Shown here piece by piece: positions 47,395-55,345 of a DNA stretch of 64,000 nt. The DNA lies in assembly GCA_044220535.1 (NCBI GenBank), contig JBGAQU010000002.1, positions 1,197 through 65,196 on the forward strand, in the 5' to 3' direction. The translations under genes and the position numbers were made by a program. The stretch comes from Alphaproteobacteria bacterium. GTDB taxonomy: Bacteria; Pseudomonadota; Alphaproteobacteria; Micavibrionales; Micavibrionaceae. The stretch's first letter is position 1; the number at the start of each line of letters is the position of its first letter. Under the pieces are notes generated by a model. It was not told the origin of the DNA and searched no databases. It worked only from the letters and a program-made list of their open reading frames with translations.

Positions 47395-47396
47395 TC

Positions 47397-47666
47397 ATGA
47401 GCGCATCCGATACACCAACCGTCCGCCGTCCGTTCTTCAAGCGCCGCAAGACCTGCCCGTTTTCGGGTCCGAACGCGCCAGCGATCGACTGGAAGGACGT
47501 CCGCATGATGAACCGTTATATCTCCGAGCGCGGCAAGATCGTGCCGAGCCGTATCACGGCCGTCTGCACCACCAAACAACGTGAGCTGGCCAAGGCCATC
47601 AAACGCGCCCGTTACATGGCGCTGATGCCTTACCTGCGCACCGAATCAGACAATAACGCACGGTAA
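47397..47666 (+). CDS. rpsR: 30S ribosomal protein S18
   Basis: [10 protein letters not shown]...[13 protein letters not shown]...[13 protein letters not shown]. Confidence 0.96.
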   Translation: MSASDTPTVRRPFFKRRKTCPFSGPNAPAIDWKDVRMMNRYISERGKIVPSRITAVCTTKQRELAKAIKRARYMALMPYLRTESDNNAR

Positions 47667-47677
47667 GGAATTTGATC

Positions 47678-48388
47678 ATGAGCAGTGCATTGGAAGTCAT
47701 TTTGCTGGAGCGCGTCGAAAGCCTCGGCAACATGGGTGAAAAAGTCCGCGTGAAACCGGGCTATGCCCGCAACTACCTGCTGCCGCAAGGCAAGGCATTG
47801 CGCGCCACCGAAAAGAACGTCGCCTATTTCGAAAGCCAGAAAGCGGCTTTGGAAAAACTGAACGCGGAACGCCGCGGCGAAGCCGAGAAGCAGTCCAAAA
47901 AACTGGACGGCCTGAAAGTTGTCGTGATCCGTCACGCATCCGAAGCCGGTCAGCTTTACGGATCGGTCAACCCGCGCGACATCGCCGAGGCGATCACCGC
48001 AAAAACCAAACAGCAAGTGGGCCGCGGTCATGTGACCATCCCGACCCCTCTGAAAACGCTGGGCCTGTTCCCGGTCACCGTTTCCCTCCACCCTGAAGTG
48101 AAGGTCGAAGTGACCGTCAACATCGCCCGTTCGGAAGAAGAGGCGAAGGTGCAGGAGAAAACCGGCAAGGCGATCGCCGCCCAGGCTGAAAAAGACGCCC
48201 AGGACGCCGCCGACCGTGCCAACTTCCTGGAAGACAGCGCCCTGGAATCCGAACGCGAAGCCGCTGAAGAAAACGCCGCCGATGAAGCCGCCCATGCTAA
48301 AAAAGCTGCAAAGCGCGCCGAGAAAGCCGCTGCGAAGCCGAAAAAGGCCAAAGCTGCTGAAGAATCCGAAGAACAGCCTGAAGAATAA
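47678..48388 (+). CDS. rplI: 50S ribosomal protein L9 with a long C-terminal extension
   Basis: [38 protein letters not shown] at 47678 with an AAGGAA SD; the tracked TTG at 47672 is less likely. Confidence 0.93.
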   Translation: MSSALEVILLERVESLGNMGEKVRVKPGYARNYLLPQGKALRATEKNVAYFESQKAALEKLNAERRGEAEKQSKKLDGLKVVVIRHASEAGQLYGSVNPRDIAEAITAKTKQQVGRGHVTIPTPLKTLGLFPVTVSLHPEVKVEVTVNIARSEEEAKVQEKTGKAIAAQAEKDAQDAADRANFLEDSALESEREAAEENAADEAAHAKKAAKRAEKAAAKPKKAKAAEESEEQPEE

Positions 48389-48404
48389 GGTTTTTCTGAT
48401 AATT

Positions 48405-48439
48405 TAAAAAAGCCCGGCTGTAAAAGCCGGGCTTTTTTA
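48405..48439 (+). terminator. rho-independent terminator of the rpsF-rpsR-rplI operon
   Basis: AGCCCGGCT-GTAAA-AGCCGGGCT perfect 9-bp GC-rich stem, flanked by an A-tract and a TTTTTT tract. Confidence 0.8.
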
Positions 48440-48506
48440 AATGGTCTTATTTGACAAGAACTGAGTTTAAGATTAAAACTTAATAACCATAATAATAAGG
48501 TGTGAG

Positions 48507-48707
48507 ATGGACATAGATCCTATAGACTTTGATAACTTCAAACCGTGGAATTATATCCCCAAGGTAAGGGATAAATTTGAAGCTGTTGAAAAAGAAACGC
48601 CGCCTGCCAAGCCCTTAAAGCATCCGACTCGCGTACCGGAAGGTGCGGAATGTTCGGGTCAGTCTTGCAAAGGCAAACCTCAGTTCTTTTGCCCCTGTAA
48701 CCGATAA
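48507..48707 (+). CDS. hypothetical small protein with a Cys-rich C-terminus (66 aa)
   Basis: TAAGGTG SD, an upstream TTGACA-N17-TAAAAC (48451-48479), AT-rich composition. Ends ...ECSGQSCKGKPQFFCPCNR. Confidence 0.35.
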   Translation: MDIDPIDFDNFKPWNYIPKVRDKFEAVEKETPPAKPLKHPTRVPEGAECSGQSCKGKPQFFCPCNR

Positions 48708-48717
48708 TCCGTCCCCG

Positions 48718-48726
48718 TTATCCACA
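48718..48726 (+). promoter_or_regulatory. consensus DnaA box TTATCCACA upstream of dnaB
   Basis: Exact 9/9 match to the DnaA-box consensus, 56 nt upstream of the dnaB ATG. It is a single box only. Confidence 0.4.
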
Positions 48727-48781
48727 GGGGGTGAAGCGGTGAATGATGGCGCTGTGTGTGCGACTCGCATAGTGTGACGCC

Positions 48782-50278
48782 ATGTCCCAGTCATCCGCTT
48801 TCGCCATTCAGTCCGGCCCTGTGGCCAATACATCCGATCAGCCGGGCCCAGCCTACCGGATGATGCCGCATAATCTGGAGGCGGAACAGGGCCTGCTCGG
48901 CGCATTGCTGATCGATAACCGCGCGATGGAAAAAATCGGCGACTTCCTGCGGTCCCAGCATTTTTTCATCCCTGCGCACCAACGCATTTTTTCAGCGATT
49001 GAAAAACTGATCGAGCGCGGCCAGGCCGCATCACCCGTTACGCTGAAGGGCTATTTCGAACTCGATGAAGGGTTGAAAACGGTCGGTGGGGCGGAATATC
49101 TGGCGGAACTTGCCGCCGGCGTCATCACCGTCATCAACACGCTGGATTACGGCCGCACGATTTACGATCTTCACCTGCGCCGCGAACTGATCGCGCTGGG
49201 CGAAGACATGGTGACGGAAGCGTATGAGCATTCCATCGACCGTGACGCCAACAGCACCATCGAAACCACAGAGGCACGCCTGTTCACCCTGGCCGAAACC
49301 GGGCAGATCAAGGGCGGTTTCGTTTCCCTGAAAGATTCCGTCCTGTCGGCGATCCAGATTGCCGAGAGGGCTTATAAAACCGAAGGCCATGTGACAGGCG
49401 TCACGACCGGCCTGCGCGATTTGGACAGCAAGCTGGGCGGGTTGCATCCCTCCGACCTTCTGATCCTTGCGGCGCGGCCTTCTATGGGTAAGACCGCGCT
49501 CGCCGTCAATCTGGCCTATGCCGCCGCCAACCGTTATGCGATGACCGGCGGGCAGGAAGGCGCGATCTGCGGCTTCTTCTCGCTCGAAATGTCGGCGGAC
49601 CAGTTGGCGACCAGGATCCTTGCCGACCAAGCGAATATTTCCGGCGATGCCATCCGCAAGGGCGAAATCAACGAAGACGATTTCCGGCGCTTTGCCGAAG
49701 CCAGCCAGCGTCTGGCGCAGGTGCCATTGTATATTGATGACACCCCTGCCCTGACCATCGGCGCGGTGCGGACGCGGGCGCGGCGTTTGAAACGCCAGCA
49801 TGGCCTTGGCCTTCTGATCGTCGATTATCTCCAGCTCCTGACCGGGTCCGGCAGCCGCCAGTCCGACGGCAACCGCGTGCTGGAGATTTCAGAGATCACG
49901 CGGGGCCTGAAGGCCATCGCCAAGGAATTGCAGATCCCGGTCGTGGCGCTGTCCCAGCTGTCCAGGGCGGTGGAGCAGCGGGAGGACAAACGTCCGCAGC
50001 TGTCGGATTTGCGCGAATCCGGATCGATCGAGCAGGATGCGGACGTCGTCATGTTCATCTACCGCGAAGAATATTACCTGTCGCGCACCATGCCCGACAT
50101 GGAAGACCACGAGAAATTCATGAAGTGGCAGGAGCGCATGGATAAATCCATGAACATCGCCGAAGTCATCGTCGCCAAGCAGCGTCACGGCCCGATCGGC
50201 CCGGTGCGCCTGCACTTCAACGGCAGCGTTACCCGCTTCTCCGACCTGGACCAGTTCCATACAGACGATCGGGATTAG
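48782..50278 (+). CDS. dnaB: replicative DNA helicase
   Basis: NLEAEQGLLGALL N-terminal motif, Walker A ARPSMGKTA, Walker B LLIVDYLQL, 498 aa. Confidence 0.96.
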   Translation: MSQSSAFAIQSGPVANTSDQPGPAYRMMPHNLEAEQGLLGALLIDNRAMEKIGDFLRSQHFFIPAHQRIFSAIEKLIERGQAASPVTLKGYFELDEGLKTVGGAEYLAELAAGVITVINTLDYGRTIYDLHLRRELIALGEDMVTEAYEHSIDRDANSTIETTEARLFTLAETGQIKGGFVSLKDSVLSAIQIAERAYKTEGHVTGVTTGLRDLDSKLGGLHPSDLLILAARPSMGKTALAVNLAYAAANRYAMTGGQEGAICGFFSLEMSADQLATRILADQANISGDAIRKGEINEDDFRRFAEASQRLAQVPLYIDDTPALTIGAVRTRARRLKRQHGLGLLIVDYLQLLTGSGSRQSDGNRVLEISEITRGLKAIAKELQIPVVALSQLSRAVEQREDKRPQLSDLRESGSIEQDADVVMFIYREEYYLSRTMPDMEDHEKFMKWQERMDKSMNIAEVIVAKQRHGPIGPVRLHFNGSVTRFSDLDQFHTDDRD

Positions 50279-50291
50279 TCGCCCTAATTTC

Positions 50292-50435
50292 GTCATCCCG
50301 GCGAAGGCCGGGATCCATGCAATAGTGCGGCCAGTACCAAAAGGCTATAACGAATATCAGAGTGCGCTCTACGACCGTTATCCACCGCCTGCGGTGCTGA
50401 GAGAGTGTATGGGTCCCGGCCTTCGCCGGGATGAC
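50292..50435. repeat. inverted pair of REP-like units
   Basis: GTCATCCCGGCGAAGGCCGGGATCC (50292-50316) and GGGTCCCGGCCTTCGCCGGGATGAC (50411-50435), separated by ~94 nt, between dnaB and alr. Confidence 0.85.
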
Positions 50436-50467
50436 GGTGTTTTAGTACCGGTCTTCCTTCATTATAT

Positions 50468-51577
50468 ATGACGTGCTATACGCTCACCATGATCACCCCT
50501 TCGCATACCGCGTCCGGCATTCTGACGGTCAACCTCGATGCCATTGCCGCGAATTACCGTTTCTTCCGGGAAATGGTCGGGCCGGGCTGCGCGGTTGCAG
50601 GTATCGTCAAAGCAAATGCCTATGGCCTGGGCATGGCGCAGGTTGCGCCCGTGCTGGAACGCGGAGGGTGCCGTCAGTTTTTTGTTGCGACGCTGGATGA
50701 GGCGATCCAACTGCGCGGCCTGACTAAACAGGCCATCGCGGTATTAGGCGGTTTCTTTCATGGCGGAGAGGATCTGTACGCCGCGCACAACCTGATGCCT
50801 GTGCTGAACAGCCTGGAAGACATTACGCGCTGGCGCGGTTTCTGCCAGCGTATCGGCAAACCCCTGCCCGCCATCCTGCATTTTGATACAGGGATGAACC
50901 GGCTGGGCCTCGGGCCGGATGAGACGCAGCATCTGCTCGGTGATATGGGCCTGCTGGACGGTCTCAATATTCAAATCATCATGAGCCATTTCGCCTGCGC
51001 GGATGAAGCCAACCATTCCCTGACCGGTTTGCAGGCGCGCAGTTTCGAAACCATCGCCGCGCATTTCCCCGCCGCCGTAAAATCGCTCGCCAATTCTTCC
51101 GGCATTCTGCGCGATGCTGCGTTTCATTACGATATGGTTCGCCCCGGTATGGCGGTTTACGGTTTGAATCCATTGCCGGAACAACCAAACCCCATGCAAC
51201 CGGCCGTCAGCTTGTCAACGCGCCTATTGCAGGTCCGCCATGTCGATAAAGGCCAGACCATAGGCTATGGCGCGTCGTGCCGTTTCGAAAAGCCGGCACG
51301 CACGGGCACAGTCGCGCTGGGCTATGCGGACGGATTTTTACGCTCCGGTAGCAATAGCGCGACGCTGTATTACAACAGTCAGCCCTGCCCGGTTCTGGGC
51401 CGCGTATCGATGGATCTTGTCACCATCGACCTGACCGGCCTCGACGCACAGGCAGGCGATCCGATTGAAATTCTGGGTCCGCATCAGGACGCCGACACCC
51501 TGGCCGCGTCGCTCGGCACGATCGGCTATGAAGTCTTAACCGGCCTCGGGCGGCGCTGGGCACGGCATTATATTTAA
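50468..51577 (+). CDS. alr: alanine racemase
   Basis: PLP-lysine motif GIVKANAYGLG, plus the C-terminal beta-domain RVSMD and GYEVLT motifs, 369 aa. Confidence 0.93.
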   Translation: MTCYTLTMITPSHTASGILTVNLDAIAANYRFFREMVGPGCAVAGIVKANAYGLGMAQVAPVLERGGCRQFFVATLDEAIQLRGLTKQAIAVLGGFFHGGEDLYAAHNLMPVLNSLEDITRWRGFCQRIGKPLPAILHFDTGMNRLGLGPDETQHLLGDMGLLDGLNIQIIMSHFACADEANHSLTGLQARSFETIAAHFPAAVKSLANSSGILRDAAFHYDMVRPGMAVYGLNPLPEQPNPMQPAVSLSTRLLQVRHVDKGQTIGYGASCRFEKPARTGTVALGYADGFLRSGSNSATLYYNSQPCPVLGRVSMDLVTIDLTGLDAQAGDPIEILGPHQDADTLAASLGTIGYEVLTGLGRRWARHYI

Positions 51578-51605
51578 GGTTTTCACCGTGGACGATAAAC
51601 ATCAT

Positions 51606-51691
51606 TGTCATCCCGCAGCGTAGCGAAGGGATCCTGACTGGCTGGCCTGGCCGCAATGGTTCAGATCCCTTCGCTTCGCTGCGGGATGACA
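51606..51691. repeat. inverted pair of variant REP-like units (TGTCATCCCGCAGCG[T/A]AGCGAAGGGATC)
   Basis: Arms at 51606-51633 and 51664-51691 are reverse complements with one mismatch. Lies downstream of alr. Confidence 0.8.
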
Positions 51692-51799
51692 GAAATGATA
51701 CCTCTGCTGTAAAAAATTAAAATTGACATAAAATCAAAATCCAGGTATTCTTACCCAATCGAACACGCCCTTCTGACGGGATTATTTTTCGGGCTTCCT

Positions 51800-52162
51800 A
51801 TGGGTGGCCTGGAAAACAAACAAGCAGAAAGAGGCCATACCAATGTTCGCAGACTCTGTCCAGACTCCGGAACCCGCCGATCACGGGATCATTTTCTCGC
51901 TTATAATCGTGTCGCATCAGGCTGCGCCGCCGTGGTTGATTCCATCGGCACCATGATGCTCATGGATGGTGTTAACCCTCCGGGTTTTGAAGAAGAAATC
52001 CAGCCCGGCCGCGTCAAGGTGGAATTCACCCGGCATGCCAGCGGCGGGGACCCGGATGGCCTGATGGGCCTGACCGGTCAAGAAAGATCCGCCACCCAGT
52101 TGCGGATGCTCAGAAGCATGATGGTGGCTGGCGGCCTGCGCGAGGACAGGTGGGAAGATTGA
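51800..52162 (+). CDS. hypothetical ORF (120 aa), doubtful
   Basis: Only an open frame. An alternative 37-aa ORF starts at 51843 with an AAAGAGG SD. A TTGACA-N17-TATTCT promoter-like motif lies at 51723-51751. No family recognised. Confidence 0.25.
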   Translation: MGGLENKQAERGHTNVRRLCPDSGTRRSRDHFLAYNRVASGCAAVVDSIGTMMLMDGVNPPGFEEEIQPGRVKVEFTRHASGGDPDGLMGLTGQERSATQLRMLRSMMVAGGLREDRWED

Positions 52163-52273
52163 AACGCCACGAGAAGCCGTCCTTGTCGATCCCACCCATA
52201 ACGCTTTGCGCCTCGCGAAATATCAAAGCTATGTCGCGGGCATGACACCGCGGCCCTGGACTTTATAGGCTTT

Positions 52274-52861
52274 CTAGCGAGTCATTCGCATGTGTTCGGG
52301 TAAGTCTGAATCCGATATCGGCGCGTATTGTTCCGAATAACTGGCCGGGAAACGGAAATCCCACCATTCGGATGGTAAAGGCAAAATCGGCAGACCGGAG
52401 GCCGCACGTTTGGTTATCCAATATATGGTCAGGAAAACCGCTATAGGCCCGCGCCGATTGCGGGGTCATGGTATCGAACACAGTACCCATGTCCCAAGGC
52501 TCACCGGTCGCGATATCACTCCACCGCCACATCCACGGCCATGCCGCGCGGATGGCCGCCCTGCCCGGGTTTTGACAGCAGGCTGCCCGGCCCGTTGACC
52601 CGGGATGGGCCTTGACGATCTCCGTATCTGCATTCGCGCCTGTGTCTCCACGGGCCGCAGGCCGATCTTTTAAGATCAGGCGCGCCATGCCTGTCCCGCA
52701 TCAGCCGTGTCGCCGCAATGACAATGCCCGCAAAATCGCGGTGCAGCCACAGACGCGCGTTTTTCCGATAGAGCGCCGTGCCAAAAATATTTTCCCGATG
52801 CCCGGCATCGGCATAGACAAGGTCGGTGCGGAAAGGGATCTTCAGACTTGATCGTTTTCAT
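52274..52861 (-). pseudogene. ddpX: D-alanyl-D-alanine dipeptidase (DdpX/VanX, peptidase M15D) pseudogene with multiple frameshifts
   Basis: Family motifs are spread over all three minus-strand frames. They are IPFRTDLVYADAGHRENIFG...; RLILKD / RPVETQARM (DxYRP...Q region); HPRGMAVDVAV (HSRGxAxD); GEPWDMGTVFDTM; and EWWDFRFP (EWWHF). No single frame exceeds 141 aa. Confidence 0.7.
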
Positions 52862-52887
52862 AGCCTATCAGGATCACAAGAAAGAGA

Positions 52888-52916
52888 TTGACAAAATAGG
52901 ATTATATTCATATCAT
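52888..52916 (+). promoter_or_regulatory. sigma70-like promoter candidate for mlaEF (TTGACA-N17-TATCAT)
   Basis: Exact -35 hexamer at 52888-52893 and TATCAT at 52911-52916 with 17-nt spacing, in an AT-rich intergenic region. This is a pattern match only. Confidence 0.3.
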
Positions 52917-53132
52917 ATCTTATGCATTTTTTGATGAGAAAAAATCAGTCTTCAATATCCGCTTCACATTTTCGCGGCATCAAACGAACTAAAAGAAATA
53001 GTGAGCCAGATCATAGGATTAACAGAGAGGAAAAAATTTCATGAAACGAACTGAAAGATTACCTCACCCCTCAGGCATATGGATTTTACCTTTAAAATCA
53101 GATAGGCTCTTGCGGATAATGCGCAGGATGCC

Positions 53133-53972
53133 ATGACCGCCGATTTACACCAGACACCGCCCAGACCCGCCAAACCGGCCCCCGCGCCGGTGGAGGCCGC
53201 GCTCGACCTGTTCGAGGCGCTCGGGCATACCATCATCAATTTCTTCCGCGCGGTGGGACGGCTGGCGATTTTTGCCAGCAAGGCGGTGGTGCAGGTGTTC
53301 AACCCGCCGATTTCCACCCGCCAGATTTTGCGGCAGGTTATCGATATCGGTTATTACTCCCTGCCTGTTGTCGGCATGACCGCCGTGTTCACCGGCATGG
53401 TGCTGGCGCTGCAAAGCTATACCGGTTTCGCCCGTTTCAACGCGGAGAGCGCCATCGCGGGCGTCGTCGTCCTGTCCGTGACGCGTGAACTGGCTCCCGT
53501 CCTGGCCGGCCTGATGGTCGCGGGGCGCGTCGGCGCCGCCATTGCGGCTGAAATCGGCACGATGCGCGTCACCGAACAGATCGACGCGATGACGACCTTG
53601 TCCGTCAATCCGTTCAAATACCTGGTCGCGCCGCGCGTGCTCGCAGGCACGCTGATGCTGCCGGTGCTGGTGACGATCGGCGATATTATCGGCGTGTTTG
53701 GCGGGTATATCGTCAGCATCTATAAGCTCGGCTTTTCGCCCGGCAGCTATCTGCACCAGACTTGGACGATCCTGCAGCCGATTGATGTGGTGTCAGGCCT
53801 GATTAAGGCCGCCGTATTCGGATTTATCGTCGCGATGATGGGATGCTATCACGGATATCATTCCGACCGCGGCGCGCAGGGCGTCGGCGCGGCGACCACC
53901 AATGCCGTGGTATCGGCTTCCGTGCTGATCCTGATTTCCAATTATCTTCTGACGCAGATGTTTTTCTCATGA
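53133..53972 (+). CDS. mlaE: phospholipid/ABC transporter permease
   Basis: MlaE family pattern: QILRQVIDIGYYSLPVV...SVTRELAPVLAGLMVAGRVGAAIAAEIGTMRVTEQIDA. 279 aa. Confidence 0.9.
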   Translation: MTADLHQTPPRPAKPAPAPVEAALDLFEALGHTIINFFRAVGRLAIFASKAVVQVFNPPISTRQILRQVIDIGYYSLPVVGMTAVFTGMVLALQSYTGFARFNAESAIAGVVVLSVTRELAPVLAGLMVAGRVGAAIAAEIGTMRVTEQIDAMTTLSVNPFKYLVAPRVLAGTLMLPVLVTIGDIIGVFGGYIVSIYKLGFSPGSYLHQTWTILQPIDVVSGLIKAAVFGFIVAMMGCYHGYHSDRGAQGVGAATTNAVVSASVLILISNYLLTQMFFS

Positions 53973-54760
53973 CCGCAAGCACAGCCGCCGCACAGCCGAT
54001 GCTGGCCCTGAAGAACGTGCATAAGGCGTTCAGCAGCGGCAAGAAACACGTGCTGACCGGTATCGATCTGACCATTCCGAAAGGCAAGTCGCTGGTCGTG
54101 ATCGGCGGGTCGGGCACGGGCAAATCCGTGTTGCTGAAATGCATCCTCGGCCTGATTACGCCGGATACAGGATCGGTATTGGTTGACGGGCAAGAGTCTG
54201 TAGGATTGAACAGCCATGACCGCCGCCAGCTGATGCGCAAATTCGGCATGCTGTTCCAGGGCGCGGCATTGTTTGATTCCTTAAAAGTCTGGGAAAATGT
54301 CTCCTTCGGGCTGACTCAGGGCCGGCATGTCAGCCGCGACGAAGCCTATGGCATCGCCATCGAAAAAATGGCGGCTGTCGGCCTGGATGAATCCGTGGGG
54401 CAGCTTTATCCCGCCGAACTGTCCGGCGGCATGCAGAAACGCGTCGGCCTGGCCCGCGCCATCGCGGCCTCGCCCGACATCCTGTTCTTCGACGAACCGA
54501 CGACGGGCCTCGACCCCATCACCGCTGACGTCATCAACGACCTGATCGTCAAAAGCGTGAAGCAGCTGGGCGCGACGGCTTTGTCCATCACCCATGACAT
54601 GGCGAGCGCGCGCAAGATCGCCGACCATGTCGCCATGATCTGGCAGGGCAAGATTATCTGGCACGGCGATATCAAGGATCTGGACAAATCCGGCAACCCT
54701 TACGTCGACCAGTTTATCAACGGCCGCGCCAAAGGACCGATCAAAGCCGGGCTGAATTAA
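53969..54760 (+). CDS. mlaF: phospholipid/ABC transporter ATP-binding protein
   Basis: Walker A GGSGTGKS, signature LSGGMQKRVGLARA, Walker B ILFFDEPT. The ATG at 53969 overlaps the mlaE stop (ATGA). Confidence 0.92.
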   Translation: MTASTAAAQPMLALKNVHKAFSSGKKHVLTGIDLTIPKGKSLVVIGGSGTGKSVLLKCILGLITPDTGSVLVDGQESVGLNSHDRRQLMRKFGMLFQGAALFDSLKVWENVSFGLTQGRHVSRDEAYGIAIEKMAAVGLDESVGQLYPAELSGGMQKRVGLARAIAASPDILFFDEPTTGLDPITADVINDLIVKSVKQLGATALSITHDMASARKIADHVAMIWQGKIIWHGDIKDLDKSGNPYVDQFINGRAKGPIKAGLN

Positions 54761-54768
54761 AAAATTTT

Positions 54769-54899
54769 AGCGCAGAGGACACGGAGGAAAAAAGGAGTTC
54801 ACAGAACGCCAAAATCTCCGTGTCCTCTTACTTATCTCTGTGTCCTCTGTGTTAAAAAACTTTTTGCCTGCGGCGCTGAAAACTCTACGCCCTGCGGTA
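54769..54899. repeat. palindromic intergenic element, CAGAG/CTCTG family (copy D)
   Basis: AGCGCAGAGGACACGGAG...CTCCGTGTCCTCT, followed by CTCTGTGTCCTCTGTGTTAAAAAACTTTTTGCCTGCGGCGC, which matches the right half of copy A. Confidence 0.75.
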
Positions 54900-54905
54900 A
54901 AAAAC

Positions 54906-55343
54906 TTATTGAACCGTTCGCACAGCAATCCCATAGACTTTCAGCGCCTGCGCCAGATGTTCGGTCGTGCAGCCGATGATGGAGCTGGGGTTGCGGGTGG
55001 ATGATGAGACTTTCACATCCTTGAATTTTCGCACCACCTGCAGCTGCGACGGCAGCAGGATTTCGAACATGCCGCTGCCCAGCACATAGACGAAGCCGTC
55101 ATCGCCAATCGGATATTCGCCCGGTTTCAGGGCAAGAGCGGCTTTATACGCACTGTCTTTGCGCAATTTCGCAAGCTCTGCCTCATTCGCCACAAAAGCG
55201 GATTCGCAGTACTGGAATACCTGATCATAACTGGCCTGGGGCGGCCGTTTTGGCGGCGGATTCAGCTTCATATAGATGAAAACGGCGAGGATAACGGCCA
55301 GACCGGCAGCGGCAAAACCGATGATGATCCTGCCCGGCGCCAT
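54906..55343 (-). CDS. hypothetical membrane-anchored protein (145 aa)
   Basis: N-terminal TM (IIIGFAAAGLAVILAVFIYM). Starts 2 nt after the M16 peptidase stop, so it is probably co-transcribed. Confidence 0.55.
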   Translation of the reverse strand: MAPGRIIIGFAAAGLAVILAVFIYMKLNPPPKRPPQASYDQVFQYCESAFVANEAELAKLRKDSAYKAALALKPGEYPIGDDGFVYVLGSGMFEILLPSQLQVVRKFKDVKVSSSTRNPSSIIGCTTEHLAQALKVYGIAVRTVQ

Positions 55344-55345
55344 GG

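Noticed and set aside
50378-50386. Second DnaA-box-like site, TTATCCACC
   Set aside because: It has one mismatch to the consensus, lies inside the spacer of a REP pair, and has no neighbouring boxes or AT-rich unwinding element. It is not evidence for an origin.
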